From: Paraspadella gotoi
Lineage: Eukaryota; Animalia; Chaetognatha
DNA: 18,713 nucleotides
Reading direction: 5' to 3'
NCBI GenBank assembly: GCA_051294375.1
Contig: JBJCIZ010000426.1
Location: forward strand, 1 to 18,713
The notes beneath the pieces are model-generated. The model was not told where the DNA came from and made no database searches. It saw nothing but the letters and a program-made list of their open reading frames with translations. Below are positions 1 to 10,456 of the stretch, in pieces. Each line of letters begins with the position of its first letter. The stretch's first letter is position 1. The position numbers were made by a program, and so were the translations under genes.

Positions 1-469
1 GCGTTGACGAAACATCGTTCGACTGCAGCACAAAAAAAAAGGGTTGGCTTCTTCGCTCTCGAATAAGCGACACGCCCAAGAGAAAAAGCGATTAACGAAG
101 GCGAAATAGACGAAAGGCAAAAAACGGTCTGGACTTAAAGGATAAGGCAGGGAGGGGGAAGACAAACGCAGTTAGGAATGTAATTGGGCGCGAACGAGAG
201 AGAGAGAGGAAGAGAGTGAGGATGAGGAAGACGCCGCTTGATAAGATAAGTGGTGATCGCCACAGGAAACGACTCTTATTTAATGGCGCTAATTAGGCAT
301 GGATTTATCGCCAATGTAAGGAAAGATAAGCCGATCCGAGAGAGAGAGAGAGAAGAGGGAGGGAAACATTTTTGAATACACGGGCTACATTTCAGAATCT
401 AAATTCCCTCCCGAAGGCAAGTGCGTTTAATGACATTTTATACCCATTTGGTCATGAAATGTCGGAGTG

Positions 470-521
470 CTTTCTCTTCTCTCTCTCTCTTCTCTCTCTT
501 CTCTCTCTCTCTCTTCTCTCT
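470..521. repeat. Imperfect (CT)n microsatellite
   Basis: Read directly from the sequence. (GA)n tracts also occur at ~196-218 and ~338-352. Confidence 0.95.
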
Positions 522-2100
522 TTATTGCCTCTCGCCTTTCCTTCTCTCGTCAATCTAATTTCCCTACTCCTTTACATTCGTGGATTCGAGATTCCGCTTT
601 GCAAACGACACAAATCTGGGTATTTACAATAGATTCCGGCGGTTTTATTCGTCTTTCTTTAAACTTTTTGGATAACTACGCTATTATACGACGAAATCAC
701 CCAGATTTCAAACCCGCAAAACTAAAAGTTAGACATAAAAAATATCTTCTGGCTTTTCTCTTTTGATACCTCTCTTTGCCGGGCCGTAGAGATTTTTTGG
801 GGTCTTTCATCCGGAGATTTTTTCAATTATCCGAGTCGGCAAGAGGGCAAAGCCCATTTCTTTTCCCTCTCGAATCCACCCTTCCTTCGCCCTTTCGTTA
901 CGACCTCTATTTTTCTCCCGCCTCCCCGCTCTCGGAAAATCCATTCGTCTCCTCGAAACGGAAACGACTGCCAATGATTAGAGGAGCGACGATAAGAAAT
1001 CGCGCCGGTCACGCCTCTCCCGCCCCCTTGCCCCCCCCCCCGCGAAAGGCGAATCCGACGCGGATCGCCTTGCCGAGGAGTCGTGTGACGCAGGGAATTG
1101 GACGCGATGCAATGGGTCGTGACGTTGGCAGCGTGACGTTAATGCGACCGATACGTGAGGCGATTTGTTCTGTGAATTATGTTATTGAATAATTTAAAAA
1201 AATTAATATTCTAATGAAATTCAGTGTAAACCGCTTACTCATCAAGTCACGACTCAAATTTCAATTCGCTCATGTACTTACTCGAGTCCCTCGTCAAAGA
1301 TAACGGGCATGAGTCACGAACGCGAGGTCACGAGATATGAGAGAGGATCTCATGTCCTGTCATGTATTGAATCGTCAACATCTCCAATTGGGATGAGGAC
1401 GATGACGACGACGCGACGAACGAACTGAAATATTGACTTTAGGAACACCGAATTGACATCGAATTCTTCACTTTTGTAAATTCGAATAAAAACGTTCAAG
1501 GAAAGTTAACTCTGATATCTTACAGATTTCAAATTTTCGACTTCGCGCCAAAGGTCACAGAAAAAAAAAGTTCTTTCCGACTCCTTTTCCTCGCGTTTCT
1601 GTAACAGCGTCTATTTCGCGCCGCCACAACTCCCTTTTATTGGCGCCGACGCCGGGTGGTCCTTTGGTCCAGCGACGCCGCGCCTTGAAAGGATGCCCGC
1701 GTGGACGAAAGCGGGATGCGTCACGACGCCGGTTATTGAAACGCCCCCCTTTCGCGGTCGCCATGTGCCACGCACCCCCTCTAGTCGCCACGACTTATTC
1801 CGTTTCCATCCAGCGTCGCTTTCATTTCTTTAAGGCGATTTTTCAAGTCATTCGAAGAAAGAAAAAAAAGAGGGAATGGAACGCATTTTTTTTTTGGTCC
1901 CTGCATTTTATTATTTCTTTATGCTAACGGGATCGAGTTCGGGCGAATATCCTTTATGTTCATTTTGAAAGGCGGGACGGGGACTGCGAGTTAAGGCAAA
2001 ATAGTAAATTTAATATTGTCAATATTTTACAATTTCACAGATTTCGTAGAATGTCAAACAAAATTATCTTTTTATAGATTCTTCACTCGTTCTGCTCGTA

Positions 2101-2151
<51 letters not shown>

Positions 2152-2410
2152 TCTCCCACACCAATTATCCCACTCGTCTCCCTCTCATTCTATCCACGCG
2201 ATCATTTAAAGTCCGCCTTTTTAATCCAACTCCCATTTTCCCGCTCCTTTCCCCTCTTTTTCCCCTCTTTTTCCCCTCTTTTCCTCTCATAAACCCGCTC
2301 GATTCTAAAGTCCTATTCCTCTTTTCCCTATAATCTCTTATCCTTTCGGTTTTCCCCCTTTTTTTCTTTCCTTTTTCGCCCTTCTCCTTTTCCTCTTCGC
2401 ATTCTTATTC
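2101..2410. repeat. (CT)n microsatellite (2101-2155) followed by a long pyrimidine-rich low-complexity tract
   Basis: Strongly C/T-biased on +, including repeated TTTTCCCCTCT units at ~2248-2288. Confidence 0.9.
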
Positions 2411-5131
2411 GTCGTTTTGATTTTTCAACTGTTTCTATGTTTTCTGTTAAAGCTTCTGTTCTTCACGTTAAACCCCTAGATCCTTACCATTTCAGAAACT
2501 CATCATCAGTACACATCCATAACTTCTTCCGGTTTCACGAATAAAAAAAGGAATAAATTTGTTGCGGTCGTAGATGAGATGGAATATCTCGTCCTGTCTC
2601 TCTCCATCTCTATCTCCATCGTTCTTCATCCAGTTTCGCGAATGGAACAACCATTCCGAGTCGTGTTCCGTTTTCATCTTTTAATGTTTAAGCTTAATGG
2701 AATCTTGGACCGGCATTTCCTCTCACAGTTTTTTATTAATGGAATTTTCGGTCCATCTCATGGACCGGCGCGGAGATTGATATATTCTTTTATCATTATC
2801 ATAACATTGTTAAACTCTGTATTCTTCCCAAATCATATTTATCTTTGTCTTTAATAAATAGACGCTGTTCCTATTAATCTCAGATGAAAAAAAAATTAAA
2901 GGTCGAAGCGCAGAGAAAAAAAATGGTAAAAATTTAAAGTTATTAATTACGCCTAAATATTTAGTTGATTTTTTTCTCCAGTTTCCCTCAGACCGTCAGA
3001 CCCATTTCTTGTTCGACTCTTTCCCTCACTCTCTCCCTCTCCAACTCTCATCCTACCAGTACCACCATCGCACACTCCAGCCACCCACCCATTCCAGAAC
3101 TGCTAAGAAAGAGATTTCGTTTTGATTTTCGAGCCAGCCGCCGCTCCTGCGCACCCGCGCCAGCCGCCTCCCCGCCGCTCGTTTTCTCCTTTGTTGTCAT
3201 TTCGGTCTCCGTGGAAACCGGTGAAATGGATTTCCGAGCTCGTGGCCCATTCACCTCGCGAGGTTCCGAATCCGCTCTCATTCACGCTGGGGGAAGAGTG
3301 GGGGAGAAAACGGGAGGGGTTAGATTGGAAGGGGGGGAAAGTGGGAAATGCGAGAAGATTCCAAGGAACTTCCCCTAAGAATGGACAATTTCCGAGGTGA
3401 CAACTGTTGGAAGCCGGGGAAGAATGAAAACGGAACGCACGTTCAACAAAAGGAGAATAATAGCTACGGCGTTAAGCGCACGGCCTGCCACGCCCCAAAT
3501 AGCTTGATATGCAGGCCGTGAATAGGCGTAATTCCGTCCTGTGGTCACGACCACCCCGAAGAGAAACATAGGGCCTTAACCGCGCCTCCTTTTCACGTCC
3601 GTTTAAATTTTTTTCTTTCCTTTCCTTTCCTTTCCATTCCCATACTAAAAAGAACCGATTCGCCCCTCCCCATGCCAGAGAATGCACCACGCGACGTTCA
3701 GTTGCACCCGAATTGCATCTTCTCCAAAATGGGGCATCATTTCATCCCCTGGAATACGACGCCAACGCGTTAAAGTAAACAAAATTCTCAATTTGATTCC
3801 AGTCGAGAACGGACCGACACGACACGCGACGACACGACGACGACGAACCACGGACGACGACGACTACAAACCGGTCGAACATCTCTGGTCTTCGCGCCCT
3901 CGGTTCGAATGAAATGACTAAATTCCTCTGTGGAAGACACTCCAATTTTTCTTCTTTTTTTTGTATGCCTTTGAGAAATTATCTCTTTCCTAAGCGTGTA
4001 CAAACACCTCGAATGATAAAACGAACACCTCAATTAAACGTAAATATGATAATGTGTTTGTTAAAGTAGAATAATTCTTTATTCCCGTAATTTTTCAATT
4101 ATGTTAGTTATCTAATCACGTGGAGTTTATAAATAAAGATAAAACAGAGAACTGATGCCTGAAGGGTTTATCCTATTTCATTGGGCATTCGATAAAAAGC
4201 AAAGAAAAAAGAATTTGGCAATCATAACCAGATGAGAATGAAGATGAAAATAAAATTAGATTTTGTCAGTTAGTTATCCCGAGAGAAAGGGTTATTAATA
4301 TTATATATTATACTTCATCGTTAACGGCCAAAAACATCTTTCTGAATTCATTAGGAAAAAAAACACCTGTTGGAGAATATCAGTCTGGCCGACGACGAAC
4401 CGACGACCGACGACGACGACGACATACGAGCGCACGTGATGCAGAAGACGATGCACCAGTAAAGTGAAAGATTAATACCTCAAAGCACAGATGATATCGG
4501 ACGCACGACGACGACGACGCGACGAGCCTGGTGATATTAAAATCGGGCATCTCTCACGAAAAAAGTAATTAAATCCGTCGTGCAGAGGAGGACCGGAAGA
4601 GGAGCGGGAGAGGAGGAAGAGCTGGCAAGCGGAAGAGGAGGAGACCTGCGAGCGGAGAGAAGATTGAAGAGAGCTGAAGAGAACGAAGCAGGGAGCGAAG
4701 AGATCAGTAACACGTTGATTCGGATTACATCTGAACCTGATTCTCGTACCGTCGTGGAGAAGAGACCGAGAGAGAGACGGAGAGAGAAAGAGAGCGCAAC
4801 CAGACCTCGAAATCATAACGGGCGAAGAATTATTTTGCGTGGAGAGGAGAGAAGAGACGAGCAGATAAGAGAAGAGAGACAGGAGAGAGAGGAGTGACGA
4901 GAGAAGGATAGAACAGAAAAAAAAAAGAACACCGTAAAATGGTATCGTGGATAAAGAAAGAAGGTTTTCATCATCTATGAACATGCGTACTTGCTTATCG
5001 CCACCACGAGAGATAGGGGGGATAAGGTTCAACGACAGTTTGGCCATAAGTATGCCAACAGTCTGCTTCATAGTTTGACCACTATTTCGTATGTTGCGAC
5101 ATGACGCCGTGAAAGACTGACCAAAAATTAG

Positions 5132-5154
5132 AAAAAAAAAAAAAAAAAAAAAAA
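5132..5154 (+). repeat. (A)23 homopolymer
   Basis: Read directly from the sequence. Confidence 0.95.
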
Positions 5155-5829
5155 GTAAGCTTTTAAGTTTTTGATAGAAAATCGTTTAATGAAATTAGCC
5201 GTCGGCGATAACGATTTGTATATAAAAGATGACTTGGGGGGACCTGTTTAGACGTCTCTCCTCATAACCCATAAAATATATAGGAAAGCGAGGAAAGCAG
5301 TTGCTCGAAATGCGGCTCAAATTTCAAAATAGGCAGCGCAGAACGAAGATCCAGTGAACGATATGGACGGAAGAAGCGAGAAAGATATAGATGCGAGACG
5401 GGAAGACTCGACGAGGAGAGGAATGCGCCGAGGAGGCTCGACAGGGCGACAGCCCATTCTTAATCCCCAAATAATGTCTCTACTTCAAACTCGGGCTCCC
5501 AAGATGAAAGAGGTTTTATGGGAGGGTGAGGGAGGGTGCAAGTGTGAGATGAGGAAGAGTGGAGGAGTTGAAAGAAAAATAGAAGAAGGGAGAGAGAGGG
5601 GACTGAGAGAAAAGAGGAAGGGTAACTGTCGAGAGAGAGGGTAAAGATAGTCCGGAGAAGGAGGAGACCAAGCGGCAGAAATTCTGCTCATATTGATTTA
5701 CCCAATATCGTTTCCGGGAGAAGTTCTGGATCCGGGTACGCACTAGGGTAAGGAAATAATTTATGGCAGTGAGAGAGGTTAAGGGGGAAGTTAGGAATGT
5801 GGAAGCCCCCGAGGTTAAAGGTGGGTTAA

Positions 5830-7100
5830 AAGGGAGGAGTGATGTATTAAAAGGAAAGAAGGTGGGGTTTAATACTATTAACATAAGCATCCAGACATTT
5901 CTATAAGCCAACACTTAACCGGTGCAAAGAACATGAGAAGATACCTTAATTGCGATAATATGATCATAGCTAGATACAAATACCTAACGCTGGCATCTTC
6001 TAAATCAAAGTTTGTAAGTAACATGAAAAAATGAGCTCAATAGATCCAATCAAATAAACGCATTCTCCATTATTCAATCTATAGAAAGCCAAAAGAGAAA
6101 AGACATAGCAAGAAAAACCTCAAAAATCAAGAAGACAAACGAAAAACCAAAACAAAAACACAACAGATCAAAGATATAACAAAACAAACAAATTAAAGAA
6201 ACATAAAAATAAACAGCGAGAAGATAACTAAAGAAAAAAGTCAAGAAAACAACCAGAAAGAAACCGTCAAGCCTTACATCAAAGCAGAACATAAATAGTA
6301 ACAATAGAAAAACGAAAAAATAAAAACACACGAGCACAAAAAAACAAAAGAATCTGCTCGAAAAAAAACACTAAAAAAGACAACCAAGAAATAGATTAAA
6401 AATCAAAAAAACTACACAGATCAATAAAACAACCAAATAACTAAAGAGATAAACAAACAGTAAAAGGATACGGGACGCCGACCTTTTCGGCGTCATATTC
6501 TACAGATATTTAGATACTGATTAGCCTGCACAAAGCGATATGGACCTACAAATATCAAAGTGCTCTCTAACTGTAATTTCCAGGCTGCAATAAGTAACAA
6601 TTGCGCGGTATAATCGGAATTACTACAATAACGGACCAATCCCAATTCTATAGAATCGCAAGACTCCCTGTTTTTAATTATAGATGGCCTGTCGTAAGAT
6701 TTTAATTTACATATATCCTGGCTCTATGTGCAGTAGGTAAGATCTTAACGCGTACACTCATCTTCGATAGCAGTCTGCAAACATCAATTTTATGTTGAAT
6801 CGAAAGAGAAATATATTACAACTTGGAAGATAGAAATACATAAATCAGATACAAACTGTAAGTGGGAAGAAACTGACAGTACTTATAGCGCAATAAGCAA
6901 AAGAAAGGGTCACTATCTGTAGTTGGAAAAGTTCGGATGCTTAATGGCCATTGCCATCCGAATCATAAAACAACAGATTAGTTTACAGTACAAATAACTA
7001 AGAACTAATAACAACGCATTACCAACTACAAACCTAAACAAATCTACAAAACGATCGTCATCGAACGCGGCATTGTTAACTTAGAAATAAGAATTAATGG
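5830..7100 (+). pseudogene. Possible highly degenerate LINE ORF2 relic (APE plus RT)
   Basis: Colinear decayed motifs: GGVM (5833), IIA-D-N resembling IAGDxN (5963-5981), HSPL resembling SDHxP (6061), A-rich linker, FP (6577), NNGPIPIL resembling NYRPISIL (6627), FDS (6763), GS-LS resembling QGSxLS (6907), ttcggatgcttaatggcc resembling FADDLMA with indels (6932), NLNKST (7031), LEIRI resembling YLGIxI (7081). Spacings are mostly shorter than canonical and each match alone is weak. Confidence 0.4.
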
Positions 7101-8286
7101 TTCTACGTGCACACAATGTACTATACGTACGCTAAATGTACAAGCAAAACAAGTGATTTGTCCATCAAAACAAAAAAAGGTATAATACGATAAATGAACA
7201 ACAGGCGTGGTGACGGGATACTAAACAATAAAAAACAGAATTCAGAATAATCTAACAACTAACATCCCATCAAGAGGTTAAACAATAATAAAGATTCGAA
7301 AGGAAACTTTCTAAAGAGGAAAAAATAAAATACAATAACTTAACAAACAACATCTATATACATAATAGAAGAAAATCACAAAACTAAAAGTAAGAATGAT
7401 TGTTGAGGAGCTTACATAATGAGTTTAGGCAACTGACGGAGGAACGGTCCTTGATCGACACTACGGTTGTAGGAAATTTACTTATTACTTTCTAGACATT
7501 CGACTTCATTACGATTATACTGACTACGTAGCAAAAGACCTCTCACCAAGGTCAAGCCAAATCCCTTCCGAGCAATCATTTAGTGAATTCTTTTATATAT
7601 CCGTTTCATTATCTTCTCATATCACGAATGACAATTCTCCGAATGTAGCCGATTATGAAACGTTTAACAAGAATTTTCGCATTCCTATGGCTTTATGAGA
7701 TTATCAAGAAAATCCACTTCGCGGCTTTAGTCATCTCATTTATAGTAAAAGAGCAAAAAAATACATTTTTTTAGTTTTTAGAATTTTCAAGATTGGCAGC
7801 TATCAAAAAAGAAGAAAAAAAGAAAATCTCTGCACGAGCCGAGAACGATTCATATCTTCATTGTACATTTTAAATAACTCTAACGACTTTTCATATTCCC
7901 TCGCAGTAGAAAAAATATTCGCCGAAGCCTAACGACGAATTAAATTGATGGGCTAATTAAAAAGTCCGACGCGAGTTGAGAATTCGGAGAAAACTTCACG
8001 GTGGGGAAATGAAGGTAGAGGTCGTGAAAGTGGGTCATTGTAGAGAGTGATTGCGCAATGTAGAAATAATGATAGGGGAGAAAGGTATGTGAAAAGGAAG
8101 AAGGGATTCCTATAAGGACGGGCGAATCAGATTAGAACGAAAAGAGAACGAAATATGGATGTCAGAAGTCAATGAGACTGGTAGGCTGAGTTTCGTTGAG
8201 AAATCAAGGAATGGCGTAAGTTAAAATAAAAACTAGCGGCGACTGATAAGTAAATGAATAAATGTTTCTTTCTGATATGAAAATAT

Positions 8287-8304
8287 AAAAAAAAAAAAAA
8301 AAAA
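8287..8304 (+). repeat. (A)18 homopolymer 24 nt downstream of AATAAA (8257-8262)
   Basis: Read directly from the sequence; the spacing is like that of a retroposed poly(A) tail. Confidence 0.85.
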
Positions 8305-8685
8305 CGAAAAGAAAGGAAAACTATCGGATAAAGACATTAAAATAGTTAAAATATTCTAGAATAGGGAAGAGGACAACCTTCGAGTTTCTCCCATGCCCCA
8401 CAATTCAGTTCATATTCCAAGGAATTGAATATGATACGAAAAAGACAAAAAGCAAAAAGTCTGACAGACCGAACGAACAAGAGACGATGGACTACGCCAT
8501 ACCGAAACGCGCCTACCGACGACAGTCAGCCACGACGACGCCGTCACGGTATCGTCGTGCGTCGTCTCTCTCTTCACCTTAAGTGCACTTCACGGATCTG
8601 AACTGTTTCGACGATGATTGCTCTGCAAAAGCGGGAATTCGAAGCTCCATAAAAGAAAAAAAAAATGCCTCCTGCCTCCCATGCC

Positions 8686-8708
8686 TCTCTCTCTCTCTCT
8701 CTCTCGTC

Positions 8709-8742
<34 letters not shown>

Positions 8743-8766
8743 TCTTCTCTCTTCTCTCTCTCTCTC
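8686..8766. repeat. Imperfect (CT)n microsatellite
   Basis: Read directly from the sequence. Confidence 0.95.
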
Positions 8767-10147
8767 GGGAACGAAAGGAAGAGCAGAATATGAAAATGCA
8801 GTCCCACCGTTTCCGCTATGATGCCTGGATTCGGGGAATTTCGCCTCGAAAAGAAAAAAAAAACCGATTATCTCGTCGAAAAAGGATGGAATTTTATGGA
8901 AGTCAGGGGCGAAAAGGAATAAAAATCATCGTTACTGAATAAAAAACATGTATAAAGCGACAGTATGTTATCATTCGGCAAAAGCGTGCTAATGTAAACG
9001 GGGAATAGGAAAAAGAAGGGGCACAGACTACTGAAATAATGGATAAGGCCATAAAACCGATATTCATATTAGATCAGTGCATTAAGTCGTCGCGACTTGA
9101 ATGGAATGAACGTGGAGACCTGGCACCGTGACTGACTGACTGACCGACTGTGGATAAGATATGGAATATGATAAAATGGGTGGAGTCAGTGACAAGGCCA
9201 AAACTCCAAAACGAGAAAAGTTTCATTATTCTTAGTTTCTCTATAGCTTATTTTTTTGCTGAATAAAGCGAAAAAAATGGAGAGAAAACGGCTAATAATA
9301 TTTTCTACCTCATCTAGCGGCTAATCAAACGTTAAAGTATTCTGAACGACTCTCGTTATTTTTATTTTCGCTGATTAAATTAAATAAAAACCGCAATTAA
9401 TTAAATGGCGTGGAAGCTAGCCGCAACGTTCATCGTTCTCGTCGTAAATTCGAGCTACCGTTTACAGTATCGGAGTACGGCGCGAATGCCACGGTTCACC
9501 AATTCTAGGAGGATCCAAAGATTTAAATCTACTTGTTATTTCTTTGTGAAAGCAGAATGACTTTTGGGCGTGTCGCCAACGCCGATGAAAACGACGACAA
9601 TGAAAGCGATCGCTTTTAGCGTTAAGCGCTAAGGTGCAGGTTTGTGCCATATCGCGATCTTATCACTCTGTCGTTTTTCGTCTTCTCTTCTTCGTCCGTC
9701 TCTTAATCGTCTCCTTCCCGTTCAAGGTGAAGAAACCATATTCTCTTATATCGTCTTTCAAATGTCGTCGTAATTAATCCGCGTCCTTTTTTGAGATGCA
9801 TTTGCGTCTTGCTGCCACTGCGCATTCTGTTCCTGTCACGTGCTTCGCTCTCTCGTTGTTGTTGTCATTTCTCCGCACGCTCCGTTCGTAGTATAGGCTA
9901 ATCATTGATCAATTATTCCGGTTATCTTTATTTTCGGACAGTCGTCGTCGTATCGTAATCCTAAATAGATTTATAATTTATCTCTGAATTTTTGACATTT
10001 TTTTGTAGATTGTAAAATAACTAACAGTCTAGCGTTGTCCAATCAGCGCAGTCTCAAATTTAGACAACGAAATTTTAAAGCTACATTACTTAAAATTTTC
10101 TTCTCCTTACCCATAATTCTATTTAAAAATGGATCGAATTATTATTA

Positions 10148-10150
<3 letters not shown>

Positions 10151-10190
<40 letters not shown>
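10151..10190. repeat. (CT)20 perfect microsatellite abutting the LINE 5' end
   Basis: Read directly from the sequence. Confidence 0.98.
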
Positions 10191-10193
<3 letters not shown>

Positions 10194-10220
10194 ACCACCG
10201 AACCGATCGGACGTATGCTC
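10182..10220 (+). promoter_or_regulatory. Putative internal Pol II promoter of the LINE (pyrimidine initiator plus DPE-like GGACGT)
   Basis: CGGACGTATG at 10208-10217 matches the downstream promoter element (RGWYV) found at about +28 in Drosophila jockey/Doc/F/I 5' ends. This places +1 at ~10182, within the last CT units. Confidence 0.5.
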
Positions 10221-10456
10221 CGTAATTTTCTGATTTTTTTTCTCAACTTTTCCCTCGAAAATAAGAAATCAATATTTCTCAACATCTTTAAAATAATCTG
10301 TCTTTTCGTAAATGGGGGCTGAGGCCCAGCTGATAAAGCTATACATCTAATCTAATCTTCAATTAATACAAACTTACACTCGTATATAAAAATCTAGTCT
10401 AATTGATCAACACCGAAAATCAACTGACCTTAACTTCTCAGAGAAAAAGGATCGAA

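Noticed and set aside
372-766. ORFs with LSLSLS or RERERE runs (also 2016-2333, 8574-8942, 14921-15157, 16715-16939, 17515-17871, 18225-18434)
   Set aside because: They are translations of (CT)n/(GA)n microsatellites, many with non-ATG starts.
2965-3400. Overlapping GC-rich ORFs as a host exon
   Set aside because: Several frames are open because of the GC content. There is no recognisable protein family and no supportable splice donor pairing.
4994-5025. Second DINE-1/HINE-like end (TTATCGCC...GGGGGATAA)
   Set aside because: Only a short imperfect inverted repeat, with no adjacent microsatellite or partner end.
4472-5071. 199-aa minus-strand and 105-aa plus-strand E/R-rich ORFs
   Set aside because: They arise from purine-rich low-complexity sequence with few stop codons. 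No domain is recognisable. An exon cannot be excluded without transcripts.
6074-6337. Hydrophobic F/L/V-rich minus-strand ORF resembling mitochondrial ND4L/ND6 (NUMT)
   Set aside because: It is explained by the extreme A/C skew of the + strand. No conserved mitochondrial motif, tRNA or neighbouring mitochondrial gene is recognisable, and a LINE linker relic fits better.
9128-9150. (GACT)n as a Helitron 5' signature
   Set aside because: It lacks the TC/TATATA start context, and no CTRR end with a hairpin could be linked to it.
10311-10345. Hammerhead or HDV-like ribozyme in the LINE 5'UTR
   Set aside because: CTGATAA and CTGAGG do not match the CUGANGA...GAAA core with its flanking stems, and no nested HDV pseudoknot could be built by eye.
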